A stretch of DNA of 64,000 nucleotides from an uncultured Acidimicrobiia bacterium. GTDB taxonomy: Bacteria; Actinomycetota; Acidimicrobiia; Acidimicrobiales; SZUA-35. The stretch covers positions 4,304-68,303 of the forward strand of contig CAWAEN010000004.1 of NCBI GenBank assembly GCA_963781035.1, in the 5' to 3' direction. Shown piece by piece: positions 47,962-58,470 of the stretch. Numbering within the stretch: position 1 is the first letter of the stretch; each line of letters opens with the position of its first letter. The notes beneath the pieces are model-generated. The model was not told where the DNA came from. It worked only from the letters and a program-made list of their open reading frames with translations, and did not search any database. Both the position numbers and the translations under genes were made by a program.

Positions 47962-49265
47962 ACCGAGCGCCGCCGAGAGGGGAGTCGCCGACGGCGACCG
48001 TCCCGCCGTGCTGCTCGACGATGCCGGCCACGATCGACAGACCGAGTCCCGATCCGGGTTTCGAGCGATCCTCGTCACGCCGGTAGAAGCGCTCGAACAC
48101 CAGCTCCCGCTCCTCGGCGGGAATGCCAGGTCCGGCATCGTCCACCGACACGCCGGCCGGCCCGACCTCCACCGCGATCGGTGCGCCGGCCGGGCTGTAC
48201 TTGTCGGCATTGCTCAACAGGTTGGCGACCGCACGAGCCAACGAGTCGCCGTCACCCAGCACCGTGATCGGCGTCGCCCGCACGCTGACTTCACGAGCGG
48301 AGCGACGCTGGAACCGTTCGACCGCACGCTCGACCACGAGGACCAGATCTGTCGCCACCAGATCGGGCAGGTCGTAGGAATCGGTCGCCAGCTCGATGAT
48401 CTCGGCGATCACGTCGTTCAGCTCTCGCAGCTCGCGGCGAACACCGGTCGAGTGTCTCGCTGCGGGTCTCCGAATCCAACTCGGGGGCTCGCAGCAGCCA
48501 ATCGACGTTGGCCGTGACGCTGGTCAGCGGGGTCCGCAACTCGTGGGCTGCGTCCTGCACCAGCCGCCGCTGCTGTTCCCGCGACGTCTGCAGCGCGCCG
48601 AGCATGCGGTTGAAACCGCGGGCCAGCCGCCCCACCTCGTCGGTTCCGGAGGCGGGCACCGGCACCGAGAAGTCCCCGGTCTCGGCCACCTCGTCGACCG
48701 CGGCGGACAAGGCTCGGAGCGGCCTGGTCGTTCGCTGGGCAACGATCCACCCGACGCCGGCGGCGAGCAGCGCCAACGCGCCGGCCACCACCAACAGGCG
48801 GGTCTGCAGCACATCGAGCAGGCCGGTGGACTCGTCGAGCGAGCGAGCCACCTGCACCGCACCACCACCGTCGAGGTGGGCGGTGATCACGCGGTAGTCC
48901 GTGCCGCTCGATCGAAACCGTTCGCAGAACGGAGCGGTCATCCCGGTCGGCGACTTGCTCGTCGGCATCGCTCACCGGCAACAACAGTCCGGTGTTGGAG
49001 ACCACTTCGCCGTCGCGATCGAGGATCTGGACCTCGGAATCGGCGCTCACCGACACCGACCTGCTGCGCCGGAGTCGCCGTCTCGTCGACCTGACGGCTG
49101 ATCTCGCTGGCCGCCGGTGATCTCGTTGGCCCGCTCCTTCAAGAAGTCGTCGACCTCGGCTGTCACCTGCCGGTCGGTCGCGACATACGACGCACCACCG
49201 ACCAACAACGCAGTTGCCGCCGCCACCCCGGCGAACACGACCGCCAACCTCGCGCCCAACCCCAT
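47939..49265 (-). pseudogene. sensor histidine kinase (TM-HAMP-HisKA-HATPase_c); about 4 frame breaks (about 49110, 49060, 48900, 48410)
   Basis: MGLGARLAVVFAGVAAATALLVGG...KERANEITGG (ORF 49047..49265). Then ASEISRQVDETATPAQQVGV in a third frame. Then VSADSEVQILDRDGEVV... (ORF 48418..49056). Then GTDYRVITAHL...RPLRALSAAVDEVAETGDF...LARGFNRMLGAL...LVQDAAHELRTPLTSV (H-box, ORF 48291..48968). Finally NLLSNADKYSP...DDAGPGIP...GSGLGLSIV (ORF 47939..48412). Confidence 0.8.
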
Positions 49266-49266
49266 C

Positions 49267-49962
49267 TCAGCCCCCAGCCCGCAACACGAACCCGACGCCT
49301 CGGACCGTTTCGATCATGCGCTCGGTCCCGTCGGCCTCGAGCTTGCGCCGCAGATAGCCCACATGGACATCGAGCGATCGGGATGAATCTCCGAAGTCGT
49401 AGCCCCAGATCCGGTCGTACATCACCGATCGTTCGAGCACGATCCCGGCGTTGCGCATCAGCAGCTCGAGAATGGAGAACTCGGTTCGGGTCAGCTCGAC
49501 CTCGCCGCTCGGCCCCGTCACCCGGTGGCGCGGCACGTCGAGGGTGAACGGTCCGGCCTGCAGGACGTCCCCGACTTCGTCGTCGACCCGACGGAGCAAC
49601 GCCCGAACCCGGGCCAGCAGCTCCTCGACTTCGAACGGCTTGGTCACATAGTCGTCGGCGCCGGCGTCCAGCCCGGCCACTCGGTCGCTCAGGTCGTGGC
49701 GGGCCGTCAGCATCAGCACCGGGGTGCGATCGCCCCGCTCCCGCAGTCGCCGACACACACCGAGCCCGTCGACGAACGGCATCATCACATCGAGCAGGAT
49801 CGTGTCGGGCTCGTGTTCACGAACCGCCTCGAGCGCGGCCGCCCCGTCGTTCACGGTGATGACCTCGTAACCCTCGTACGTGAGGATGCGGTCGAGGGCC
49901 AGCCGGATCTCGGCATCGTCTTCGGCGACGAGCAGACGGTGGGTTCGTTCTGGAGAAGTCAC
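49267..49962 (-). CDS. OmpR-family response regulator
   Basis: Intact 231-aa ORF. Receiver domain: LLVAEDDAEIR...DTILLDVMMPFVDG...VLMLTA...DDYVTKPF. Winged helix: LTRTEFSILELL...VDVHVGYLRRKL...ETVRGVGF. Confidence 0.9.
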   Translation of the reverse strand: MTSPERTHRLLVAEDDAEIRLALDRILTYEGYEVITVNDGAAALEAVREHEPDTILLDVMMPFVDGLGVCRRLRERGDRTPVLMLTARHDLSDRVAGLDAGADDYVTKPFEVEELLARVRALLRRVDDEVGDVLQAGPFTLDVPRHRVTGPSGEVELTRTEFSILELLMRNAGIVLERSVMYDRIWGYDFGDSSRSLDVHVGYLRRKLEADGTERMIETVRGVGFVLRAGG

Positions 49963-50015
49963 GAGTTGCTCCGGGGAGGTGTCGAGTGAGTCAGTGTGTC
50001 GTAGAAACGACCGAG

Positions 50016-50042
50016 CTCCGGACCACCAGTGGTGGTCCGGAG
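50016..50042 (-). terminator. strong hairpin CTCCGGACCACC-AGT-GGTGGTCCGGAG downstream of the secreted-protein gene
   Basis: Perfect 12-bp arms read directly, about 65 nt after the stop at 50107 and 54 nt upstream of the response-regulator start. Only a weak T-rich tract (GTTTCT) follows on the minus strand. Confidence 0.35.
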
Positions 50043-50106
50043 CGGGAAGTCCTGCGCTCGACGTGGGGGAGAGGTTGGCGGGTAGAGCGCAGGCCTCGAT
50101 CGGGGA

Positions 50107-50643
50107 TCAGGCTCCAGCAGCTTCCTCCACGCCATTCACCCGATCGGTGATCTTGGCTTCGAGGTCGGCCAGCTTCTCGTCGGCCTCTTCCTGAGTGATG
50201 CGTCCCTCATCGACCTTCTCGGCGATGTGCTCTGCCTTGGCCTCGACCATCGAGTCGATCACGGTGTCGACATCGACCCCGTTGGCCTCGGCCACATCGG
50301 CGATCGTGTCGCCACTCTCGACGGCGGCTCTGAGGTCGGCCTCGTCGATACCGATGGCCTCGGCCGCATCATCGAGGTTGCAGCCGCCTCGGTGGCCTCG
50401 ACGGCCGTTCCGCTCGCCGGGGGTGGCTTCGGCGTCCGGCGTTTCGCCGTCGGCCTCGTCCTGCACGAGGACGATGCTGCCCGGGTCGGTGGTGTCGGCC
50501 TCGACGTTGCTGTCGGTGGTGTCGGACGCCGAGGCGTCCTGGTCACCGCCGTAGCTCTGGGCCGATGCAACCGATGCGACGGAGAGGCCGCCAACGGTGA
50601 GTCCGGCGATCATTGCCAGGGTGAGGACCTTCTTGTTCTTCAT
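50107..50643 (-). CDS. secreted acidic protein, unknown function
   Basis: ORF 50107..50739 read from ATG at 50643. Signal peptide MKNKKVLTLAMIAGLTVGGLSVASVASA, an acidic linker, then a helical C-terminus (ADVAEANGVDVDTVIDSMVEAKAEHIAEKVDEGRITQEEADEKLADLEAKI). Confidence 0.65.
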   Translation of the reverse strand: MKNKKVLTLAMIAGLTVGGLSVASVASAQSYGGDQDASASDTTDSNVEADTTDPGSIVLVQDEADGETPDAEATPGERNGRRGHRGGCNLDDAAEAIGIDEADLRAAVESGDTIADVAEANGVDVDTVIDSMVEAKAEHIAEKVDEGRITQEEADEKLADLEAKITDRVNGVEEAAGA

Positions 50644-50760
50644 TCGCTCATCTCGCTTTCTCTCCTGGGAGAGGTTGGTGGTTGGTGTTGAGGACCACTC
50701 TGCGGCCCGGTCGGCAACGGCTCGGCAGGCCAGTGGCAAGGCTTTGACAAGAACCGGCGG

Positions 50761-52734
50761 TCAGAGCAGGAAGACGTTCGCCGGGAGGTCGGCCAACTCG
50801 GCGTCGCTGTTGGCGGCGATCACCTCGGCCAGCGTTCGCCTGAAGTCGATGCCGTAGGTCTCGTCGATGAACTCGAGCACGGGATCGTTCTCGAAGAAGT
50901 AGCGATCGCCATCTCGTAGTGCGGAGAACTGAGCCGTCCACATCGCCAACTGGAGTTCCCCGAACTCGGTGCCATCGACGTGAGGCTCGGAAACCATCCC
51001 CGTGAACGCATCGACGTCGTCGACATCACCGAACACGGCGCGCAGGCGGGCGGCCAGCGTCGACGCCCGTTCGGCAACAACGGTCTCGGTCGTTGCCGCA
51101 TCGGAACCGGGTTCCAGCACGTTGCCGTCGCGATCGGTCAGCAGCACGAAGTCGAGGATCGCTGGGTCGTCGATGTCGAGGCCGTCGGGGAACACATCGG
51201 ACGCTTCACCCGTCAGCTCGGCAAACGTCTCGACCGGGTCGAGCCCGAACGCTTCCCGAAGGTCGTTGTAGGACGGCATCCCGTGGTCGTAGGAGCGCAC
51301 CACATCGAGCGACCCGAGATCGTTCACACCGGAGAAGCAAGTGGCGATCTCCGGACCGTCGAGGCAGTCGAGCGGATTCTCGGTGTCCGGCCCCGGCAGT
51401 TGGAACAGCACGCTCCGCAGCTGATTGTCGATCTGTTCGTCGTTGGCATAGGCCGCTTCAGACGACAAGCCGACGAGCAGGTTGCCGAGTCCGACCTCGG
51501 TCAGCAGCCCCGGGTTGCCGAACGCCACGGCGAGAGGAATGGCGACCTCGGCGATGCCCTCTTCGGAATCGATCGTGACGGTCACACCGTGCGCCTCCAG
51601 CGAAGCCAGACCGGCCTCGTCGATCGAGTCGAGCGGGATCTCGGCCTCGAACTCACCGTGGATCTGGGAGTGGGCCCGGTAGCCAACGGTGGCGAACTCG
51701 TTGGAGATCGTCGGGTCGACGGTCGAGTCATAGCCGCTGTAGTCGTCCAGCTCGACACCCACCGCAGGCAGGAACTCGGTGTAGGTGATCCACTGCTGGA
51801 GCGCCGACACGACCCGACGGGCCACCTGGAACTTGGTCTCCTCGTCGAGAGTGTCCGGGAGGGCGTCGACGATCCGGTTGTGCTCCCGAACGAACAGGGT
51901 CTGCACCGCAGTCAGCCCGATGTTCTCATTCACCCGCACATCACCGGCGACAACGGCTGCGGTCGGATCACCGAACAGCCGCCCCATGAGATCGGTCGTC
52001 GGTGCCTCGGCATCGGGCCGGGCCGTGACCGTTGGCAGGTAGCCGTCGACGGTCAGGAGCGTGGCCGAGTTGTTGGTGGGATCACCGTCGACCACGCCCT
52101 CCCGCAGCCAGTCCAACCGCTCGGCGCTGCCGCCGTAGACCGCCCACGCATCGATGTAGGAGCTCAGCTGGTTGACCTGCTCCCGGGGTGAGTCGACACC
52201 CGTCCCGTCGGCGGCGGCCGACCGCGTCGTGCTGATGCCGCCGAGGTCGTTGGTGAACGCTTCGAGTGGATCGTCGGCATCGAACTCGATGAGCAGGCTC
52301 TCATCGTCGGTCGTCTCCCGATTGCCGATCGTGTGGTCGATGAACTGGCCCCATACGAACGCCCAGTGGGTCACCCCGTTCTCCGAGAAGATGTTCTGGT
52401 TGGAGTCGTTGAACACCCGATTGCTCAGGTAGCGCTCCGCCGGGCGGTCGGTGAGCTCGCCGATTCCATCGGCGTAGTTCGCTTCGGCGATCCGGGTGTA
52501 GATCGAGCCGGCCTGGCCCAGCGCCGGGTTGTCGAGGTTGTTCCCCGAGCCGTCGAGCGATCGATAGTCGAGCAGGTCCGGCAGTGTCAGCGCGGCCCCG
52601 GTGCTGTCGGCCGCCGTGTCGTCGCCGGCATCGGCCAGGCAGGCGCTGGTCAGTCCCGTGGCCAGCACGGGAAGGGTGAGGAAGCGAACGAGCCGGGTGC
52701 CTCGGCGCGCCGACGGAAGAGGGGATGTGGACAT
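50761..52734 (-). CDS. animal-type heme peroxidase family protein (secreted)
   Basis: ORF 50761..52815 read from ATG at 52734, with a signal peptide. Motifs are LDGSGNNLDNPALGQAGS, HWAFVWGQFIDHTIG (distal His), SYIDAWAVYGGS, GDVRVNENIGLTAVQTLFVREHNRI, VGYRAHSQIHG (proximal His) and YDHGMPSYNDLREAFGL. Confidence 0.85.
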   Translation of the reverse strand: MSTSPLPSARRGTRLVRFLTLPVLATGLTSACLADAGDDTAADSTGAALTLPDLLDYRSLDGSGNNLDNPALGQAGSIYTRIAEANYADGIGELTDRPAERYLSNRVFNDSNQNIFSENGVTHWAFVWGQFIDHTIGNRETTDDESLLIEFDADDPLEAFTNDLGGISTTRSAAADGTGVDSPREQVNQLSSYIDAWAVYGGSAERLDWLREGVVDGDPTNNSATLLTVDGYLPTVTARPDAEAPTTDLMGRLFGDPTAAVVAGDVRVNENIGLTAVQTLFVREHNRIVDALPDTLDEETKFQVARRVVSALQQWITYTEFLPAVGVELDDYSGYDSTVDPTISNEFATVGYRAHSQIHGEFEAEIPLDSIDEAGLASLEAHGVTVTIDSEEGIAEVAIPLAVAFGNPGLLTEVGLGNLLVGLSSEAAYANDEQIDNQLRSVLFQLPGPDTENPLDCLDGPEIATCFSGVNDLGSLDVVRSYDHGMPSYNDLREAFGLDPVETFAELTGEASDVFPDGLDIDDPAILDFVLLTDRDGNVLEPGSDAATTETVVAERASTLAARLRAVFGDVDDVDAFTGMVSEPHVDGTEFGELQLAMWTAQFSALRDGDRYFFENDPVLEFIDETYGIDFRRTLAEVIAANSDAELADLPANVFLL

Positions 52735-52879
52735 GGAGTCTCCTTTTTGGTGGGGACTTCCACGAAGCACGTTCACCGGCAAGCCCGAGTCAGCTGGTCG
52801 ACAATGTTTCGGCAAGAGGAGCCAGCAGATCCGAGGTTGTGACGTCGATCATCGCCCGACCCGATCGGACCGCCCGATG

Positions 52880-54184
52880 TCAGAACGAAACGAGGCCGGT
52901 CGATGGCGGCTCGGTCGCCAGCACCTCGTCGACGGGGCCACCCAGCCAGCGCAGCGCATCGGCGTACAGGTCGATGGCGTTGACGGCGATCGGCAGATCG
53001 CCATCCTCGAGCGAACCGAACTCGTAGCCGCCGGCCACCTGGCCGCCGTTGACACCGCCGCCGAGCAGCAGCTGGGTGCCGGCCCGCCCGTGGTCGGTGC
53101 CGCCCGAGCCGTTCTCTGCCACCCGTCGACCGAACTCCGTCGTCGTCATCACCAGGCAACGATCCCGATCCGCCGGACCGAGCGACTCCCAGAACCCGGC
53201 CAACGAACGGGCCACCTGATCGAGCAGGTTGGCGTGAGTGTTCAGCTGATCGGCATGGGTGTCGAAACCCTCGATCCCGACGGTGACCACCCGCAGACCA
53301 GGACGGGTCGTGATCAAATCGGCGGCCACCTGCAACTGCAGCTCGAGCGCCGCTGCGTTCTGATCGGCGTAGGCATCACCAGCGGCGGAGTCGCCGACGT
53401 CGTCGATGATCTTCTGCGTCGACAGCGCCAACGGCAGCGCCCCTCTGGCCGCCTGGAGCAGTGCCCCTTCATCCATCGCTCCCTGGGACACGGCCAGCAG
53501 GAACGTCTCGAAATCGGCGACGCTCATTCCCGGCGGCGGTTCGAGTCTGAAGTCGGAGGGGTCCTTGACCGCCGCCGCGTCTGACCCGGACAGTGCCCGC
53601 GGTCCGGCACCCAGGGCAATCGCTTCGAGCGGCTCATCCGGCTGATCGATCGCCGCAGCCTCCATCCAACGTGCCAGCCAACCGTCGGCCGAGGCATCAC
53701 TCGTGCCCCGCCACCAGACGTCACGGCTCTCGAAATGGGAGCGGGTCTGGTCGTCGAACCCCACCCCGGCAACCAGCGCCATCGAACCGTCGTCCCACCG
53801 TGGAAGCAGCGGAGCCAGCGACGGATGCAGACCGAGGTCGGTCCGGCCGGCCAACGCCAGCACCTCGCTCTCGTCGATCGCGACCGACGGCCGCGCATCG
53901 CGATACCGGCCATCGAACGGGACCACGGTGTTGAGCGGGTCGTTGCCTCCGAGAAGCTGGACGAGCACCAGAACCCGATCGCTCACGCCCACCCAATCGC
54001 CGGGAGACGGCAGCTCGGTGGTCGGCCGCTCGGTGGTCGGCACGGTCGTGGTCGGGGCCGGCAGCGTCGACGCCGGGGCCGAGAGCTCCTGGCCCCGGCA
54101 TCCGGTGGCCAGCCACATCGCACTCGCCCCACCGATGGTGATGAACCGGCGCCTCGTCACGATCAACCGCTTCGGGCCACTCAT
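52880..54184 (-). CDS. DUF1501-family (sulfatase-like fold) protein with a Tat signal
   Basis: ORF 52880..54424 read from ATG at 54184: LIVTRRRFITIGGASAMWLATGC (twin-arginine)...EGFDTHADQ...TTEFGRRVAENGSGGTDHGRAGTQLLLGGGVNGGQV. Confidence 0.85.
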   Translation of the reverse strand: MSGPKRLIVTRRRFITIGGASAMWLATGCRGQELSAPASTLPAPTTTVPTTERPTTELPSPGDWVGVSDRVLVLVQLLGGNDPLNTVVPFDGRYRDARPSVAIDESEVLALAGRTDLGLHPSLAPLLPRWDDGSMALVAGVGFDDQTRSHFESRDVWWRGTSDASADGWLARWMEAAAIDQPDEPLEAIALGAGPRALSGSDAAAVKDPSDFRLEPPPGMSVADFETFLLAVSQGAMDEGALLQAARGALPLALSTQKIIDDVGDSAAGDAYADQNAAALELQLQVAADLITTRPGLRVVTVGIEGFDTHADQLNTHANLLDQVARSLAGFWESLGPADRDRCLVMTTTEFGRRVAENGSGGTDHGRAGTQLLLGGGVNGGQVAGGYEFGSLEDGDLPIAVNAIDLYADALRWLGGPVDEVLATEPPSTGLVSF

Positions 54185-55527
54185 GCGATCACCATCTCGG
54201 GGCTCGACAGGGCCAGGGCCAGCAGCGACCGTCCGGTCACATCGGCAGCGAGCAGCGCATCGGCCGTGGTCGGACTGAACCCCTCCGGCCTGCCCAGTGC
54301 CCGGGCCAGCCCGTCGAGGTCGCGGGCCGATGCCGCCACCATCGGAGCGCTTCCTTGCCAGGCGGCGTCGGCCAGCACCCGCGAGGTCTCGAGCCGCGCC
54401 ACCGTCGCCGACGAGGTGAGCCAAGCATCACCCGTCGGCCAGCCGGCAACATTCGGCGGCACCATCGGCACCTGCCCCGCCGATCGCAACACGTCGGCCA
54501 GCTCGCGGCGATTGATCGTCGACTCGGTCGTGCGCATGGCACCGACCAGCCACGGAACCGGGGCGAGCACCAACGGTTCGCACTCGCCGGCAACACCGCG
54601 TTCCACCAATCTGCGAAGCAGCGGCGCAACCGCCAGATCATCCGCCGCGAACTGGTCGGCCTCTGCCGCCGAAACGCTCGACGCCAGGCCAGGACCGAGG
54701 ACGACCTCGGCCAATGCCCCGGCGATGAACCGCGAGCAGGCTGGGTCATCGACGACCGCTGCGATCACCGAGTCGACATCGTGGACGTCGTCCCGGCCGA
54801 GGAACGACTGCGGGCTGTCATCGTGGCGTCTGGGCACGAACGTCGCCTGATCGACACTGCGGCGAATGCTCCAGCCGGTGAGCGCACGGGCCGCCGCCAA
54901 CACATCGTCCTCGTCGTAGTTTCCCACCCCGAGGGCGAAGAGCTCGAGCAGTTCCCGCCCGTAGTTCTCGTTCGGGCTGCTGCCGGTGCTGGTGCCGCCG
55001 TCCAGGTAGCGCAACATCGCCGGATCGATCGTGATCGCCCGCAGAAGCGGCTGAACCGGGCCGGCCCCGAGCTCCCGGAAGAGCCGAATCTGATTGACCA
55101 TGCGCAGCGGTGATCGCACCTTGGCGAAAGACGAAACGAGATGGCCGTGCCAGAACCAGGCCAGCCACTCCATCGTCGGCCGTGACGCGAAACGAAAGCG
55201 ATCGAGCCAGGCCGCGATCGACGGCGCCACGTCCCGCGGCGCCTCGAGGATCAGCGGCACGTCGACCCCGGCCCATGGATCACCATCGTCGGGGATGCCG
55301 TGGCCGTCCGGTTCGAAGAGCTCGTCGAGGAAGGCGTCGATGCCGATCTCGGCCGCGTGTTCGAGGTCGGTGACCGTGGCGCCGAACCCGACCCGACGCA
55401 GGATCCACGCCGCCGCCACTTCGACATCAACCGCCGATTCCAGGACCGGATTCGGCCCTTCCGCTGTGATGATCGTGTGTTTCGTTCCCGCTGTGACCGC
55501 CGTCATATCAACATCATCGGTGGCCAA
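54181..55527 (-). CDS. DUF1800-family protein
   Basis: Intact 448-aa ORF: RRVGFGAT...MEWLAWFWHGHLVSS...MLRYLDGGTSTGSSPNENYGRELLELFALGVGNYDEDDVLAAARALTGWS. It overlaps the DUF1501 start by 4 nt. Confidence 0.85.
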   Translation of the reverse strand: MATDDVDMTAVTAGTKHTIITAEGPNPVLESAVDVEVAAAWILRRVGFGATVTDLEHAAEIGIDAFLDELFEPDGHGIPDDGDPWAGVDVPLILEAPRDVAPSIAAWLDRFRFASRPTMEWLAWFWHGHLVSSFAKVRSPLRMVNQIRLFRELGAGPVQPLLRAITIDPAMLRYLDGGTSTGSSPNENYGRELLELFALGVGNYDEDDVLAAARALTGWSIRRSVDQATFVPRRHDDSPQSFLGRDDVHDVDSVIAAVVDDPACSRFIAGALAEVVLGPGLASSVSAAEADQFAADDLAVAPLLRRLVERGVAGECEPLVLAPVPWLVGAMRTTESTINRRELADVLRSAGQVPMVPPNVAGWPTGDAWLTSSATVARLETSRVLADAAWQGSAPMVAASARDLDGLARALGRPEGFSPTTADALLAADVTGRSLLALALSSPEMVIA

Positions 55528-55617
55528 TGTGATGAGCAGATGATGACGAGATTGCGCGATCGGTCACCGAGGTCGGCGCAGCCTCACATCAAGGGGTGCT
55601 GCGCCGACGTGACCGGT

Positions 55618-56501
55618 ATGACCGTGACAACCCCCGCAGGCTGGTACCCGAGCTCGACGAATCCCGGACTCGAGCAGTTCTGGGACGGGGCGACATGGAC
55701 GGATCAACTCCGGCAGCCGGCGGCGGCACCCCCGCCACCGCCTGCCCCGTGCCGGCCCCGGCCCCGGCCATGCAGCCGTTGGCTGAGACCAACGTGAAGA
55801 AGCCGATCTGGAAGCGGAAGATCCTTTGGCCCGTCTACGGGTTCATCGCCTTGGTGATTGCGATCGCGGCCACCGGTGGCGGATCGGGCGACGACGACGT
55901 CGCCGACTCCGACCCGGTGACATCCGAGGACGTCGCAGCAGACGCCGACGGGACCGAGATCGAGGCCGTTGTGGACACCGGTGAAGGAGATTCGGAGGAC
56001 GCAGAAGCAGCCCCGGTCGAGCCCGAACCGGCGGTGGGCGTGGCCACCCGAGACAATCCCATTCCTGTCGGGCAAACGATCGAGCTGACCGCGGAAGCAC
56101 TTGGCGACGCCGGGGGCTCGGTCTGGTCACTGACGGTTGTGGGTCCTGCCCAGGACGTCACCTCGCCCGCGGTGTCGCAAGGGTTCGCGGCCGATCCGAT
56201 CGAGGGGAACATCCTGGTCGGCGTTCCGATCGAGTTGACACTCGTCGCGGCAGGCAAGGAGCCTCTCGCTCCGATCTTCAATCTGGATGTCGAGTTCTTC
56301 TCACCGACGACGGCGACGATTGCCGAGACCCTCTTGCGTTGCGGTTTCTGGGATCAGGCGTTCGACTCCAACACCGAAGCCTTCATCGGGGGCAGCGTCA
56401 CCGGATTGCTGTGTGCCGAAGTCGCCGCCGCCGACCTCGGCAATGGGCTGCTCATCACCGCTGATGAGCAAGGCGACCGGGTGTTCCTCGCTACCGAGTA
56501 G
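55618..56501 (+). CDS. DUF2510-like N-terminus + Pro-rich linker + TM + extracellular domain protein; frame broken once near 55740-55760
   Basis: MTVTTPAGWYPSSTNPGLEQFWDGATWTDQL (tail of ORF 55300..55797). The protein continues in ORF 55596..56501 (PAPAPAMQPLAETNVKKPIWKRKILWPVYGFIALVIAIAATGGG...). Confidence 0.65.
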
Positions 56502-57267
56502 GAGATTGCGAGGACTGACCCGTGTCGCCCTGCCTCGCCCGTATGAGCCACTCCGGGTAGCCACACGAGAGACCAGTCGTGAGTCGTTCCGTCCATCCAC
56601 CGGACCAATCGCCGAGCAAGACGTCAGCGGCGGTCCGGAGGAGGTCCCGATGGGCATGGAGCGGCCCGAACGCACTGAACGCCACACTCCAGGCTGATCG
56701 ACCGTCGAGCGAGACCGCAACGATCTCGGCGTCGCATCCCTGGCCGACCGACACGCGTGTCGTCTCAGAAATCGGCAACTCCTGTCCGTCTGCATCGAAG
56801 CGTCGTTTGAAGATGGCCTTCTCGACATCGACCCACCTTGCGTTCTCGTCGATGTCGACGTACCCATCCGCAGGGCTCCACCGCGTCCACCGCTCCAACT
56901 GGCCGAGGGCTCCGTTTGGGATGGCGAACGACGCGGGCCGTTCTTGGCGACTCTTGAGTTCCAGTGTCGACCCGAAGCGGCGTTTCACCCCGACGTCGAC
57001 TTGGTCGTCGACGCGGTAGCTGTCCATTCGGTGCTGGGTGAGACCCATCGTGTCGGCCGGAGTGAACCAGGTCAGGATCTCCGTCGGGAGCGGGCCGTCG
57101 AAGAACCACCGGAGTTCGCTGGTTTCGTCGATCGTCACGACCGCGTCGTCGACCTCACTCGTCGACGCACTCGTCGGCGCGCTCGGCGCGGGCCGAAGGC
57201 GATCCGGCTCGGTCGGTGTAGCGGTGCAGTCCACGATCTGGGCTCCTCGGCTGAGCGTTCGTCGCAT
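56491..57267 (-). CDS. hypothetical protein (possibly CYTH-like fold)
   Basis: ORF 56491..57606 read from ATG at 57267. SELRWFFDGPLP...RMDSYRV...VGVKRRFGSTLELKSRQ...VDVEKAIFKRRF is weakly reminiscent of CYTH. This is low confidence. Confidence 0.5.
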   Translation of the reverse strand: MRRTLSRGAQIVDCTATPTEPDRLRPAPSAPTSASTSEVDDAVVTIDETSELRWFFDGPLPTEILTWFTPADTMGLTQHRMDSYRVDDQVDVGVKRRFGSTLELKSRQERPASFAIPNGALGQLERWTRWSPADGYVDIDENARWVDVEKAIFKRRFDADGQELPISETTRVSVGQGCDAEIVAVSLDGRSAWSVAFSAFGPLHAHRDLLRTAADVLLGDWSGGWTERLTTGLSCGYPEWLIRARQGDTGQSSQSPTR

Positions 57268-57343
57268 GGACGCGCCGATCGCCCCATGATGGAAACGCAG
57301 TTGCGTGGACCCCGCTAGAGGCGAACGTCCATTCACCCGATCG

Positions 57344-58429
57344 TCATGCCGGTGCCTCGAACACCGATGGGCGGGTCTCGGTGATCCAGGTGTCGATCGC
57401 AGCCCAGTGGTCGAACAGCCAGTCGCCGAACTCGGTCCGATCGGTGGGGATCTCGGCGCTCGGCACCGACCAGTACGCGGCTTGCACGTTTCGACGCAGT
57501 GGCACGTTGCGCCAGATCGCCCCCAACGAGTGGAGGTCGCCCAGGCCGGCGTGCGCCACGAACACCACGGTCGCATCGTCGCAGGCTCGAACCGCGGCCA
57601 GCGCACCGGCGATCCGAGGTGGGAGCACGTTGATCAGCCCGGTGGCGCGCTCGGCGCGCTCCTGGCGTCCGCTGTTGGTCAGTGACTCGATCGACTCAGA
57701 CCGACGGCGAGGCGTCCAGTTCCCACCCTCGGGAAAGATGATCGCCACGCTGTCGCTGTCCATCGTTGCGCACATCTGAGCGATCGCTTCCAGCTCGGAC
57801 GCACTGTCGCTTCCTCGTTGCCCGACGAAGTGATGGGGCAGCCGCAGCATCATGTGGCTCAGGAACGGATCCCACAGGAGTTTGCTGGCACCGAGCATGC
57901 GGAGCTGCCGCTTGTAGTCGCAGATCACAGTCCGGGCGAGCAAGAACGCATCGCCGGGCCCTGCGTGGCGAGCGAAGGTCAGGATCGGACCATCGATGCG
58001 TTCGGTGACGGGCAGGGTGAACTCGAAACCCAGGTAGAACCGCATCGCCCGGGTGACGAGCTCGAGCCAGTGACCGAACATGCGGTTGTGGATTCGCTGC
58101 GAGCGAGGCGACCGGACCCGCAGGCCGAAACCGAACGCGATCCAGAGAACGAACACGGCCAACAGACCGAAGAACTCGGTCACGCACAAGGCAATGCCGA
58201 GGCCTCCGAGACGAGAGAAACGCCAGCGACGACGATCGACGAGGTCGGCAACCGCGAGCAGCACATGCAGGATCGGCGACAGCAGGGTGATGAGGCCGGC
58301 GCCGACGAATACCACCGGAGTGACGAAGACGACGCGCGCCCAGCGGGGCGGCAACCACGCTGCGGCGGTCCTCTTCACCCGGCCCCCTGACGGTCGTTCG
58401 GCGGATTGCTCGTTCGGAGACCAGACCAT
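57344..58429 (-). CDS. lysophospholipid/1-acylglycerol-3-phosphate acyltransferase (PlsC/LPLAT) family membrane protein
   Basis: Intact 361-aa ORF with N-terminal TM helices, FARHAGPGDAF (HX4D) and AIIFPEGGNWTP (FPEGG). Confidence 0.8.
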   Translation of the reverse strand: MVWSPNEQSAERPSGGRVKRTAAAWLPPRWARVVFVTPVVFVGAGLITLLSPILHVLLAVADLVDRRRWRFSRLGGLGIALCVTEFFGLLAVFVLWIAFGFGLRVRSPRSQRIHNRMFGHWLELVTRAMRFYLGFEFTLPVTERIDGPILTFARHAGPGDAFLLARTVICDYKRQLRMLGASKLLWDPFLSHMMLRLPHHFVGQRGSDSASELEAIAQMCATMDSDSVAIIFPEGGNWTPRRRSESIESLTNSGRQERAERATGLINVLPPRIAGALAAVRACDDATVVFVAHAGLGDLHSLGAIWRNVPLRRNVQAAYWSVPSAEIPTDRTEFGDWLFDHWAAIDTWITETRPSVFEAPA

Positions 58430-58470
58430 ACGTGATCACCAACGAGCGGGCCTGTGGCTAGCCTCGCACC

